Source: Lingula anatina (Eukaryota > Animalia > Brachiopoda). Taken from it: 64,000 nucleotides of DNA. Below the pieces are notes generated by a model, which saw only the letters and a list, made by a program, of their open reading frames with translations, made no database searches and had not been told where the DNA came from. The translations under genes and the position numbers were made by a program. The DNA lies in NCBI GenBank assembly GCA_051362555.1, contig CM120645.1, forward strand, positions 20,150,001 through 20,214,000, written 5' to 3'. How positions within the stretch are numbered: the first letter of the stretch is position 1; every line of letters begins with the position of its first letter. Positions 23,569 to 37,013 of this stretch are shown here, piece after piece.

Positions 23569-23779
23569 GGCCTCCTTGGTCTACATGTACATGTATAGCT
23601 GCCGTGACTTGAGTTATTTCCGGAAGATGTTTCTCTTTATACTTTTTCCTTTTTCTTGTCGAAATGGCGAGGAGGTATTTGCATGTTCTGACACGTGTTA
23701 CATTCGATTCCTCTTACACTGCTACGTTCTTGACTTCTCTTCGTACTGATTAACCTTTGGTGCCTCAGGTGAAACCTTT

Positions 23780-23813
23780 TGACGTCAATACCAATGGCAG
23801 TAGCCATGGCAAC
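23780..23813 (-). promoter_or_regulatory. RFX X-box + CCAAT + CRE upstream of stum-like gene B
   Basis: GTAGCCATGGCAAC 23800-23813; CCAAT 23791-23795; TGACGTCA 23780-23787; 210-245 bp upstream of the ATG. Confidence 0.65.
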
Positions 23814-25504
23814 TGAAGATTATAGGACACTAGTTTTCAAATATACATATATATTCTATATAAGAATATTCACTTGAGCCTCTGTTAATGAAGCAATGAT
23901 ATAATCTTTATATTTGATGAACTATTCAATCATCAGCTAAGAAAATGGTAGGTGAAATTAATTTATACATGATGGAAACCCCAGCCACCACCAATTCCCA
24001 CGTAACCTATGGGTCTTTTAATCCATTCTATAGTGTTTTACTCTTATAGCAATGGGGTTTGGATTGTGTTTACATAGTTGATGCACCTGCAAGCTGTATC
24101 GAGATCTCGTCACTTGGCAGAAAGACAGAAAATGAATGGTGTGAATTAAGATGTAGAATGCAGATGGTTCATTGTATACAATGTGCACACCTGTAGCTGG
24201 CTGTCAATTATCAGGGAATTTAAGCCATCAATATGGATCGAGTTATGGGGTAGGCGGAGTATGTTTATTAGTCAATTCTGTTTGTTTGCATCGATTTGTT
24301 GCGGCATGAAGTTGCGTTTAAATTTCTACTAGGGGAATTTTCCATTTAATCCAAGACTGACACAATTTTTCACTCTCGCTTTTACATGAATAGAAAGTAT
24401 GAGACAGAATGTGATCTTTGGAAGAGCGAATGGTTTTTAAACTTCTTTTTTTCTTTTTTTTTCTTTTTACATAAAGGGAATAAAATGGGCTAATACAATG
24501 AAAATCACCTGGAAATAACTGTCACTTGATTATAATCTTGTTTATTATATTAATAAAATATATTGCAATGAATCCTCGGTTGAATTTCCTCGGTCTTCTA
24601 GTAAGAATTACAGTTCTTACTATAATTTCGTTTGTCCTCTCGAAGTTGTAAGGGTCCTGTGGCTCGTGCTTACATTTTTGCTCATAGTTACTCAAGTTAA
24701 AAAACATATGGGTCCGTTTCACAAAGGAAAATTAGACCAAAGATTGTTCCTAACTTATATACCAGCTATTGAGTCTACAGGATTTTCATTAAAGATAAAT
24801 CAAATCAATCTGCAGTATCAAATATTGCAGTACCCCGAAACTATACTGGTAAGTAAAGACTACCCTCTGTATACAGGAAATATTATACAAATTTAAATTA
24901 TGAGAGATACAATAATTTTATAACAGATTACTAGGGCGCCCTTCTCAGAGAGTAACCTAACAACTTTCGGTGTAACGTTCCCTGAAAAACGGGCCTATCA
25001 AGGTATGTTCTTATCATAACTTGTTACATATTTTAATAAGACAAATCACGATCTGTCTGTTATCTGATGATCGCACTGCACATGAGATGTTACACGATCT
25101 CAGCAAGGATAAGACTATCGATTGAAATGTTAAAGGCGCTGAGTACACAGGCAACGTGTTTCTATACTCGTTAAATCTTCCCTGTCTGTTTTCCCAACCA
25201 TAATTGCTTACCGTTTCCGAAAGTGTTAAGGTAGCATCCAAATCTAAGTTAGACACAAACCTTAAATATTATTGTCAAGTTAAACTTCATTCAGTTCGAT
25301 TTTGTACTGAGAGCATACTGCATATAAGTGTTACATGTAGGCCTACACATCGCAGTGAATCCGCTAACCTATCATATTTTGATAGTAGCAGAAAAATCGG
25401 GCGCGGAAGGTTTGATTTCCCTACACAACATTAGTAACCGCTGTGATCTTAACTGAAATAATGCATAATGAGCAACACAGTCAACATAGTGGGCAACAAT
25501 CGAA

Positions 25505-25695
25505 TCACGTGGACACATCTCCCATTCCGCCATACACGTCTTGATGGTGCTGACCGTCGTTAGATGGCGTGGTGGAATGCGCAAAAGAACTCTTTGGTCG
25601 TCCGCTCTGCGCAATTCCATGTGCCGGTGGTTGGTGGGATATCACAGTTTTTGGTCTCGGTTCCGGCGTTATCTTGGTAGCATGATATTCTTCAT
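25505..25695 (-). CDS. STUM: Stum-like gene A, exon 3
   Basis: Acceptor TTCCAG| at 25696, phase 1; DEEYHATKITPEPRPKTV...GDVST*. Confidence 0.7.
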
Positions 25696-26247
25696 CTGGA
25701 ATTTAAAAAGAAGCATTTTAAGTGAAGGGATGTTCTCCAAATCTGGCTTCTTTGTTGAGCTTTTATTTTATTTTTACACAAATCACTGCGCTTGATAAAT
25801 TTTAATATTTTAAAAATCTTATCATTACATTATAAATTCCATTATTATATTACACACCAGACAATTAATTAATTACTCACTGCTTGACAACGACAATTAA
25901 CTGTAAAAAACGATCTGTATTCGTAAAAGGAAAGGGCTTGTAAGGGAATTAACGCGGGACCTCTTGCAACCTAAGCGAAAACTATGCCCCTGCATATACT
26001 AGCCTATGTTGACACATAAAGGCGATTCTAAACTGTGAAGGTGTGTGATAAAACTCAAAAAGTCAAAAATAGAATACCATTAATTATCTTGATTTCACAT
26101 ATCAGGGGCACAAAGGATAAACAGAGGGACAGACAGACAGACAGACAAACAGGTGGTCGGGTTCGCGCGGATGGGCAAACAGCCAGACAGACCTAGAAGA
26201 AGGGGGTGGGGGAGGAACAGAATATCAAAGAGACATCTCACACTTAC

Positions 26248-26433
26248 CCGACTGCCCGACCATTGCTATTCCCCAGCAGATACTCCACACCCACCCTAGA
26301 AGGAACACTGGGGCAAGAATTAACTGTGCCAGACCAACGCCAAGGTTTAGGCAGCAGGAACCAATCCTCTGGGAGAACTTCAGATCTGTCTTGGTGCAGC
26401 AAAAGAACACTGACATTCCAGCCACCATCGTTC
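26248..26433 (-). CDS. STUM: Stum-like gene A, exon 2
   Basis: GTMVAGMSVFFCC...LNLGVGLAQLILAPVFLLGWVWSICWGIAMV; 186 nt, phase 1-1, TTTCAG|...|GTAAGT. Confidence 0.88.
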
Positions 26434-26485
26434 CTGAAAATTGTGAATATTGGATACACTTGCAATACACACTCATATGTGCAAA

Positions 26486-26528
<43 letters not shown>

Positions 26529-29500
26529 AAGATAAATAGGTAACAGTGTAGTAAATAGAAATCCCATTCTGTGCTGTGTTTATAACGAAGATCGATTGTC
26601 GTGTCGTTGTAAGTTCTGAGACTTCCTCCAAAATAAGTCTAAAACGATTTTGATAATCCTCCTTGATACTAAAACATACCAAGGGACATACACTTAGACA
26701 TATTCCCTTTGATAAATGTGCCAACACTCTAAAATTACCCATTCGGGCAAAATATAATGAACGGAATCCAGTTAGATTAAGTAGCTACCGGTACATGTAC
26801 GTCTGGCTTGCGTACAAAAAGTGAACTATGGCTTTTGATGCACCTAATCAGTTTTAGATTTCTGTTGATTTAAGGAAACTGGGAAAAGAATTCACAAAAT
26901 TAATCAAGAGACAGCTAAAAAACGCTTAAAATTAATTACAGAATACACATGAAAAACAGGACCATGATCGGCGAAAAAGACACAAAATGAACATTAAATC
27001 TTAAAAGAGCATATACACAATTTCACTTAAAAATTTAACATTTTTCCATTTATCACCAATGCATGCTTTATCCAAAAACTCTTCACAAAATTGCGACTTT
27101 ATACCGGTTTTTGTAATTTTTCAGTCAGTTTGTGAGCGAAGTAAAAATGTTGCAACGCAGTCGTTAAAGTAAAACCTGGAAATAGAGTACTCAAATCGAA
27201 ATGGATGACGAAATGGGTTGTAAATTTAATTTTCCCCTTTGTATTTGGATAGGGAATACCTTTAATGTTGAAATTATCAGCAAAATTTCATTTTTGCTAC
27301 AGAGTATATAAAACGGTCTAGCGCGCATCATATTCCTATACCAACACACGTGGCATAACGCTAGTGGTTACTTAGGAAAAGAAACAGGAAATGTAGTCCT
27401 TGCTGCAGCCAAATTGAGAACAATCCACTGCTAACCCTCCATATCGTAAGATATACATGTAAATGTAGATCACCTCGTTCCCGGAACACTAATGAAAATC
27501 AGTCGCTTGCCTTGTTTGGGATTAGCAAATGATTATCAAGCTAATCAACTTTCCTGGGTTTAATGTGCTGCATATATACAAGTCGTATCAGCTTGGTGGC
27601 AATCGAATTGTGCAGTCGACCGTGAAGATCGGAGGAAGGACTCACTGAGAAGTTCAACGAGCAGCTGGAGAGAGATGGAAAGATGTTTCTATTGAAGTAA
27701 TCACGCTTACAAACAAGGTAGACGATTCTACATTTAAGTATTTTTTTCAGCACAGCGACGCGTCAAATTTATAGGGACCAGGAAGCTTAGAGAACTCACT
27801 AAATGGGTAGAGTACTACTTGTTTCATAGTGTAACTGACGCTGGGAAAAATGAAGTTTTGAGAGTGGTGTTCGCAAATGTCCATTTTTGAACCCGAACCT
27901 CGAAGATCATCTTTCATTTCCTTCTGAAACGGTACTATACCTTGCTTTTCCCCCCAAACGCACACGTCGACAGAAATTTACATTATAGGTCTCACAGGAA
28001 CCGGTCACCCATGAGAAATATAGGGCAACCAGTGAAGAGCTTTAAAATGCTGCAAGAACAACCTCGGACACTAAAAGAATGCTGACCATAAAACCCGAGG
28101 CAATTGCAAGCCTGGTCTGAATTACTGTTGGATATTTCAGGCTGCATGGGGATTGAATACGGACTAATTACAATCGGAGAATCACTGGTTTGCAGATACA
28201 CATGTCTGCTGTCAAAAATAATCAATTTGAAAAGGAATGCGATGTGGTCGATAATTTCTGCATTTGAGACCATGAAGTGTTTGATTTCAAAACAGAAATG
28301 TAATGATTTGTAACATCGTGAAGAGCAATTGCGTCAATTTTGTCTAGAGTCTGAAGACGTGATACACACAGACGGAGGTAGGTATACTTTTCCATAATCT
28401 CTTATATTTCTCATTCTGTATTTTCATCAATTTTATGGTTGACATGTACAGAAGATAACATGCGTCATAATCATTTTTCATTGGGTATTCCATTGCGTTG
28501 TAAAGAATATTTTAAAAGGCATTACATGCTACCTGCGCTGTAGAAGACTAACCGGGAACATATTCTACAACAGACACTTCCTCAATGCATCTTCAACATA
28601 CATCGTATGTCTAACACTAATAAAGAGATGTCTCTTCATCTCTTTGTGCTAATGAACGCGTGGGAGAGATCTATGCGACAATAGTATTAGTGCTATAAGA
28701 TCCAATTTTTCATTAATCATGCTCATTAATGAAACGCAGTCCTGCCACATATTACAAAGTAATCAAAAGGCGTAAATTTTCGTGGTATGATTGTCTTCAA
28801 TATTTCCAAATGGTTAGGATCAAGATGACAGATAATTGGTTCTCTGTACTTTTTTTCTTGAGAATGTCAATAGCGGTACAAAAGGGTGGAACTCCAATTT
28901 CGTATTCTATTATTAAGTAAGTGCCATCGAGGTTCAACAAATTGATATATCCCGTTGATATAATAATGATATACATGTATAATCATGTGTGCAGGTATTT
29001 GAGCACAGCAATTGCATTTCCCGGTATCAATAATCATCACTGGTGGATCTAGGGCTTTGCTTTTAATTAGGGAAAGGATGCCGCACAGAAAGGAATATTT
29101 TGGCTCGCTTCGCTGTATAAATATAAAACAGAAGATGGAGAAAATTTTATTGCAACGTGTAGGGTTCAGGGATGAAAATATTGCCTGGATTAAACTCGTT
29201 CTTTTTGGGAGGGGTGGAGAAGGGGTTACACCTCAGATGTTAGGGAGATGGGAGGGAGGCACGTGACCCTCTGAATGACAAGAACAGTGTTGGAAGATAT
29301 GTCACTCCGTCTTCCCCAAAGTAAACTGGTAGATAGTGTCCTGGACTGTAATCAAAAAGGGTGAAAATACTGCTTTTATGAATAAAGAGGAGGTGGTTTA
29401 TCATCACTGATTGCCCTTGGAAAAAAAAGCGACATTGTCTGTACCGGTCCGCTGAGAGTTTGACAACTTGATAGCCAGCTATATGTAACGGATTACATAA

Positions 29501-30225
29501 ACAGAGCCCCCGCGGTATTAATTAACTTAACTAAACCGCAGAAATTGTGTTATTTACTTTGTTTCTGCGGTAGGATATTTTGACTTACCTGGAGGGACAA
29601 ACCATTACAACAACGTCATTAGACTCGCGTTTAGTAAGCTCATATTGGTCCTTTCTGCGTTAATAAACTCTCCCAAGCAATCGATGTTTCTGTAATTCAG
29701 TTGTGTGATCAGATCATATTTAGCGGTCAAAGGATATTCCCCTAAATAGGCCTACTGAGAGTGCACTTACACTAAAACTGCAGAAGACATGTATTTATTC
29801 AGCCAAACTAAGTATCAAAATTCATCTATACAATGACACTGATCATTATACCTGCTCCGTCTTGGTTGATGGCTTAAAAATATAATTTCAAAGAGATATT
29901 CAGTAGGGTGATAAGGAGGCAACTAGAGTTCTATTCGCAACACGGAAAGCGTAGCTGCTTTTGGTAAATACACCCAAATGCATTTTCAAAACAGAATGTT
30001 AAAAACACTATTGAAACCTTTAGGGTGGTCCCTTACTTAAGACAAGGAGTCATAACTCCTTCCTTAAGGTAACTTTGGAAAAGCGATCATAAAACTGTCA
30101 TGCGCATGAATCATTTTTTTAATTTGACCACCTTGATTGTAATACGTATTAACGTGGAAATTGAAAAATTCGCCACTGTAAAACAATTAGCAACTTTTTC
30201 TTTAGAAAGCACTAACATATCATAC

Positions 30226-30547
30226 CTAAACCTGGGACCATCGCGTTGAGTACAAAACACGTGATGGCCCAGCACTTGTGCATTGTGGGTATCATCATCT
30301 TAAAGTCTCGCTCCTCCTCTGCCGTGTAGCTTTCAAAGGAGCCCTGCGAACCCACGCGTATAATCTGTCTACTGGCCGGCCTCGAAGAAGCACCATGGTA
30401 GTGAGGCATAAGCAGGCGGGCGGCCGTCTTCGGTCTCGTTGACTGGCTCCTTGGAGGGTGGGGGTCCGTATCCAGGGGGTGAACCCCCCGGGCCTGGTTA
30501 TTTTTAGAGTCATCGTGCTTCGTTGGCGGGTCAGTGGTATCCGCCAT
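30226..30547 (-). CDS. STUM: Stum-like gene A, exon 1
   Basis: AAAATGG start context; ...IPTMHKCWAITCFVLNAMVPGLG; donor G|GTATG; product about 232 aa. Confidence 0.85.
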
Positions 30548-33500
30548 TTTGACTTCTGTTGCACTTTCAAGTGAAGATGTTACTTCCTATACGTCGACAG
30601 TAATGGCCCTTTACTTCCGTTCGATACTATTGGCGAATGTCCTCGCACGTTAGTCCATCATTTTGGCGAGTGATCGTCAGGACGTATCATAATTAGCTCA
30701 TTCCCTCTCTCTCTTGGGGCGGTTCCTATTAAGACGCACCATCTATCCGCTTTGTATTACAAACCATTTATTCCTATATCGCCATGTCAATAAGATATGG
30801 TTTTGTCACCTTTATTGACTCCATATGAAAGTGCACGGGACACTTAACAAAATCCCCCGTATTTGACGTGCCTTATTAATCACTCTCTTGCCGTTTCCGT
30901 AACTATGTACGCATTACTGTCCGTTATACCTTCTCGCCCCGCAAATTGATTGTTTCAGTCACAGTCTTTACGCCGTGCTGTCCTATTAGACTCAGGAATC
31001 GATCGATATCGGATCAAATTCTCTGTAGGATATCGGTACACAGTTGCTGTGTTGACACCGTGCCCCATTGTCACGGAGAGCCGTCGCGTTAACGACCAAT
31101 AATACATTGATTTGATAAATCGATGTGACGAATGTGATGTAAATTAATTAGCTGCGATAATATATGGCTGCTAGCCGTGTACAAACAGTGTTACTAATAT
31201 CTTATCTTAATCATTTTTAATTGGGGCAAATATAATGTGTTCTGAATGAGCATTGTAATGGATGATCCCTCCCCGCTTGTTAGGCCATATGCAAATGTAC
31301 GCCAACTTACGTATTTATATATCGACAGTAGGATAGAGGTCGCTAAAAACAGGGGGAGTGTGGGAGTCGGTGTGATGTATGTGAACCGTTTGCAGCATGC
31401 GCACAAAGAGAGCATATTATGTCATCTTGCTAAATCTTACGTCACCGTGCATCTATTTTGCAGTCCTTTCGTACGTTGATGACATTAATATTCATTCATG
31501 TCAACCGAGTCTCAAAAGTCCCAAAACAGACATCTGTACTACGTGTATCAGCATGTGTCTGTCGTTTCCAGACATACTCCTCTGAAACTCGGGGTTGCCG
31601 TTGTATTACTTCACTGACATTGTGAAGTGCGTCTGGTAAGTTAAGTGTCAAATGAAGAAAATGATATATATTTCAGTTTTGAAATTTGATTTCAACCATT
31701 GTCGTCCTGAGTTGCAGAGGTCACTGGGAATTCACACCTCTTACACTGGTATTGTCATGTTTCTGCCATCACTGGAAATAACTCAATATATAAAAAAGTT
31801 ACTAGATTGAAGATTAATAAACGAATATAAATAAAACCATACATATGAATAATAATCAGTACATGAATATAAATCGTGTGTAAATATTAATGACAAATGA
31901 ATAAATAGATAAAGACGTCAATAGCACAGAACGTGTGTTATTTATTTATTTATATTTGTATTGTGTTTTTAGTATGTATTGTTTGAAATGCAACTTAAAA
32001 CAAATAACATCTGCAGTTACAAATTTTTACATTACTATCAAAATCCTCACCATAGTCATTTAAACTATCAAGTGACAATTTTATGTAGAATTAATATTTA
32101 AAAGAAGTATTGATATTTATTATTGCTTTCATCATTTTATTGTTTATTTAGATTAGCTTTTACATTATTTTGCAGTTAAAATTTTATGTTTTCCGTTTAA
32201 AATTTTTTTAAAAGATATTTTCTTTGTGGGTTTAGTCGACACCCCTAGTTGTTCAAGTGATGATGGTCACATATCAATACATGTATGAGTGCATTGGTGG
32301 ATCAAGTGAGTATCCCCTTCCCCCCCCCCCCCCCCCAAAAAAAAAAAAAGGCATAACGAGCAAAATCAGAAAAAATAATCCCTTTTAAATACATGTTATT
32401 GGGAAATTATTCCTTTCAATTGTTTTATGTTCGACATATTAATCCTGGTGCCCCCAACCCCCACACGCGCCTATTCTGCGGCTCTACCTGAGGTCGACTC
32501 TTAAAGTGGTTGAAACTCATATTTAGATAACTCTCACCACCTCCTCACGCCTCTTAGGCAGAAAACTTTGAATACCTCCATCCAAATATCCAAAGCATAC
32601 TTCTTTGCATTGATTTCTGCCGTATGCCCTCCTTCTTGTGTGACGTCACAGCATTTTTCAAAACCGTCAACTGAGGTCGAGTTTAACTAGCAAATCAGGG
32701 TGATGAGCGCCATTGCTCACAAGTAAAGCTTAGAGTGAAAATAATAAACTGCTCCTCAGGCCAGACAAAAATGCTTAGTTGATTTTAGGGGAAGAAAATT
32801 CCAATGTCATAATCTTGGAGATTTTTTAACATAAAACATCACTATTAAGGTGTTTCCATAAGTCCATCTGAAAAATTAATTAATTAATTAATTAATTTTT
32901 TACAAATCTGACTTCCTTAAAATTAGGGTCTGTCGCGGTTGTTAACCATCTCATAAACATAGTTTGGCCTTAGTGCTGAATCTGATCTGTACTCCAAGAG
33001 TGAAAGCGATGTATATTTATAAGTCAAATTGCCCTCATCAGATTGAAAAGAAGTATGTTGCGGAAAGAATTGCTGCACGTTTGATGAAGTACAGAGAGTA
33101 GGCCTACTGTTAAAAACTTACACTTATACCTGCGAGCTATTACTCAATGGATTTAACTTGTGCTGGGAAAACGATATACTGTAAGAGAAATATTGGCAGC
33201 TTAATCTTTAGGGGCCTTGAAAAGCAGGTAAGAATTCTAGAGTCCACTGGCGGAAGTCCCTATCGATTAGCCGTTGACTTCAGTCTTTAACTTACAGCTT
33301 TATCAAATTTCCTGTCATTTTTGTTCAGTTGTATGACGTGATGATTGGAAGAAAAGGTATAGAGATGAATAGAAATCAGGTAAGTGTTAGTGTTTTCTTC
33401 AGGGCGTTGTTTCTGATAAATATAACCATTAACTAAGTTTTTTTTTTAGAATCCGCTCACGCCGTATTGTAAAGCTTCGTAATGATTTTGTAGAATTTAG

Positions 33501-35228
33501 ATTGGTGTCTAATAAAAAATAAATAAATAAATAAATAAATAAATAAAGCAGAGAAAAGTTGCTTTTATGACAAGTGTGTTCCTAGATATTTGTATGTGTA
33601 TACAAGGCCTCTTGTTGCCTCCAGTGAGAGAGGTTGGGTTTACATCGGCATTGGTTTATTCCTTTACTATTGGAGAAGACATCTCATAAAAGTTTATCAC
33701 AAATTGTAATGGAATTTCTGGGAAATGTAGTTATTCAGGAGGGAAAAAAGTGTTTACAATTTCATTTGAATACGGATCTTATTTTTAGATTAGTTTATTT
33801 TCCTCTTTAGTTACCAATTGTCTTTGATATTCAATTTCGCAGATTTAGATCGGACTCAGGAAGTGAACACAAAAACCTGAATATTTCCATATCGATGTTT
33901 TCCAAGATTCAATCAAAGTGATTTGCCATCTCATCAAATAACGACAACTTTATAAAAGTTATAACAAGTCCCTTCCCAGAAAATCAGTTTTCCAGGATCG
34001 GAAGAAATGGCCTATATCAGTCATTTTCACATATTGATTAGTTGTACTTAGCGGCGATATTTGCCACGTCGATTTTAAGAGATTTAAGTGCACTTCTGGC
34101 AGCAATGTTGGATACCAAGTCCGCCTATACATTATGCTTAAGTAGTCTAATTTTTATTTCCGCCATCAAATAGTTATATAATCTTATGGAAAGTGCTTAA
34201 TAAGTCTATGTAAATTCAATGGAGGACTAACATAAATGTGAATGAACGTTAATTCAACAATCAAAACACTTTTGCAATTGTGGTATAATCTAGATTAATG
34301 GTAAATTTTATTCATTGAATGGACCACGGTAGATTTTTCTTGGATTGGAGTACATCAAAATGTAGGTCTAAATCTTATGACCAACTTTCAGAGTAAATCG
34401 TCTTCGAAAAAAAATGTCCAAGACGTCTTTCCCGAAGACCAGAATACTTTGACTTTTGACATAGTCTGTCAACGACGGCAATAAGTCTATTATTATTTTT
34501 ATTGAACAGTCAATCGATTACAGGGACAGAGGAGCGTTATTGCACTCTGTATACGTAGATGCGATTCACTTATACATGTATGTACGGAATGAGAGAGAGA
34601 GAGAGAGAGAGAGAGAGCGTCTCCCAGATGGACGTAGGGTGATGTTGCGTTTGAATCTTATACTGTATGATATTGGCGCGGTTTTAGATATTGTGAAATT
34701 ACCTTGTGAAATACATTTAAATTATTGGTCAAAAGACCTTCCATGTTTCACTTTTACTGAAAAATGGGGAATGGTTTCAGAAATGATCGCCGTTCAAAAT
34801 TTGCTCGCTGGTACATGTAGTATAAAAGGGTTCTTGGAATCTGGATGGAAATCTAGATTTTAAGTCGGTATTGTTGATATATGACAGCAAAGCACAGGCA
34901 TGAAGCGTTAAATTTACCAGTATACTTTATGAGTTTTTATCCCATGAGGAAACGAGAAATCTAAAACAGACCCCGTAAGGTTAACTTCGAAATGGAAATC
35001 GAAACTTTTTTCCTTTCAATCCCGGTATTATATGCGCTTTTAATTGACCGCTGTTATATTTTAGCTCTGATGGTATTAAGACAAAGTTCTGATAAGTCTG
35101 TCTGCTTTGAAAGTGTCATTTTATTGGCAGGTCAAGGCTGAGATATTAGGTTAGTTATCGAGGGACAAATCTAAACGACAGATGATGTCTAGCGCGTTAA
35201 GGTAATCAGTAGTACTCGTTTGATCTTT

Positions 35229-35259
35229 CCCTCCCTCCCTCCGTCTCTCTGTCTCTCAC

Positions 35260-35310
<51 letters not shown>
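35229..35310. repeat. (CT)n microsatellite
   Basis: Long CT run; similar runs at about 10159, 20593, 44176 and 51942. Confidence 0.9.
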
Positions 35311-35314
<4 letters not shown>

Positions 35315-35639
35315 AGCGATTAGCGAAATACTGATCGAGCTTGTATAAATCGGTGGCTGCCCGGCAAAAACAAAATCTAAAAACCAAATTTAAAAGCAAA
35401 AAAATATTAAAACCAATAGATATTTTTTTGACGAGTTAGCAGTAGATAATAATAGTAATAATAATAATGATCAGTGTCTCTTACAGCTGCTGGCAAAGCT
35501 TTATGAAGACACATCTTTTTTTGAGTCTCTCTTTTAAACACCTAATGGACTGGCCATTGCTCCCTGCGGCCATGTCTGTCTATAACCATCTATTACTTCG
35601 TAAGCATTGTATCCAGTTATGTATAATGTCGCAACTGTC

Positions 35640-35711
35640 GGCTCGTTGGTCTAGGGGTATGATTCCCGCTTCGGGTGCGGGAGGTCCCGGGTTCAACTCC
35701 CGGACGAGCCC
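35640..35711 (+). tRNA. tRNA-Pro(CGG)
   Basis: GGCTCGTTGGTCTAGGGGTATGATTCCCGCTTCGGGTGCGGGAGGTCCCGGGTTCAACTCCCGGACGAGCCC folds as a full cloverleaf; anticodon stem CCCGC/GCGGG, anticodon CGG; A and B boxes intact; TTTT at 35716-35719. Confidence 0.96.
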
Positions 35712-35756
35712 CCAATTTTATTCCTAACGATGATCGAAAATTATCAATGTATAAAG

Positions 35757-35793
<37 letters not shown>

Positions 35794-36134
35794 GGCGACC
35801 TGAAGGGGATCAGAGCAAAGAATATCATCAATGGCTGCCTTATGCTTAATCAGAGTGATCTTTTGATTTTGTAGTAATTATTGTTTCGTAGAGTCATCGT
35901 TTTGGACTGAGTGCTTTTATTTGAATTCAAAGCAGGATGCGTGGCACAGATGGAAGCCATAAAAATAAGATGTTTGAAGACGAGTTTTACTTTGAACCTG
36001 AAATCGTTGTTATCCTTGGTTTGTCAGACGCTCTGACCGCTAGCAGTCTGTCACAAAATCATTTAATTTTTTGTACTATTATAGAGGTTCCTGATATCAG
36101 ATACTAAGTTTTTTGTTGGTGTACATGTATATAT

Positions 36135-36336
36135 GGCTGTATTCCCAGAGCTTTTAGATCGATCTATCCCCGTGGGGAGTCTCACTAGATTACCGTCAGA
36201 TAATCCGGCTTAAATGTCCGTCCCGCCTACTACAAGCTGTAAGGGGGTAATTAACTTTCGTGTCCGCCCGGCTGACAGGTATTTAGCGTGAACCCCCAGG
36301 GAGTTAGGTCGATCTAAAGTAGATCGAAATGGGGTC
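36135..36336. mobile_element. Harbinger-type MITE, family A copy 2
   Basis: Homologous to 8195-8420 (inverted) and 36798-37013. Confidence 0.75.
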
Positions 36337-36797
36337 TAAGTCGAAAGATGGTCTCGGCTTTAAGACCGGATATTTTAATGTATTTTGACGGATAATTAAA
36401 CTGAAGTTGTCCAACCTGGGGGAGTTGTTGGCCTGTTGACTTTTTAAAGTTTGGAATAACATATGTTTCAAAGATATACGCAGTTAAAATGGAATAATGT
36501 GGTACACGTACATGTAGGCGTTGACCTCAATAATAAGTGAGCCCAATTAAAAAAGCCATATGACCAAAAAGTCATAAACATAAACCCAAACCTCATGAAA
36601 CGAATTAAAATTGTTCTGTCACAGTATAACCTATAAAAAACGATTGAGTTTGAGGAGTAGGTCTAAAATTAATCGTGTAACCTAACAATTGAGTCAAATT
36701 TTGGATAAACAGTATTATGAAACTTAGACGGCTTAGGCGCCCGAAGCATCTTTCATTGCCATAGATGCTCATAACGTACACTTACAAAGACATGTAA

Positions 36798-37013
36798 GAC
36801 CCCATTCCCACAGATTTTAGATCGATCTATCCCTGTGGGGAGTCTTACTAGATTTCTGTCAGCTTAGCCGGCTTAAGCATCTGTCCCGCCTACTAAAAGC
36901 AGTAAGGGGGTAATTAACTGTCGTGCGCGCTCGGCTGACTGCAATTTAGCGTGAACCCCGAGGGAGTTAGGTCGATCCGGATGGATCGATAAAAAATTTC
37001 TGGGAATGCACTC
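36798..37013. mobile_element. Harbinger-type MITE, family A copy 3
   Basis: TAA on both flanks; TIR GACCCCATTCCCA / TGGGAATGCACTC. Confidence 0.8.

Noticed and set aside
23637-23807. 56-codon minus-strand ORF with a good Kozak context upstream of stum-B
   Set aside because: Its ATG is the centre of the X-box, probably upstream of the TSS; no recognisable homology.
27470-28380. Coding-like composition and a TTCCCGGAA (STAT) site in stum-A intron 1
   Set aside because: Stops in all frames examined and no recognisable motif; a single 9-mer is within chance.
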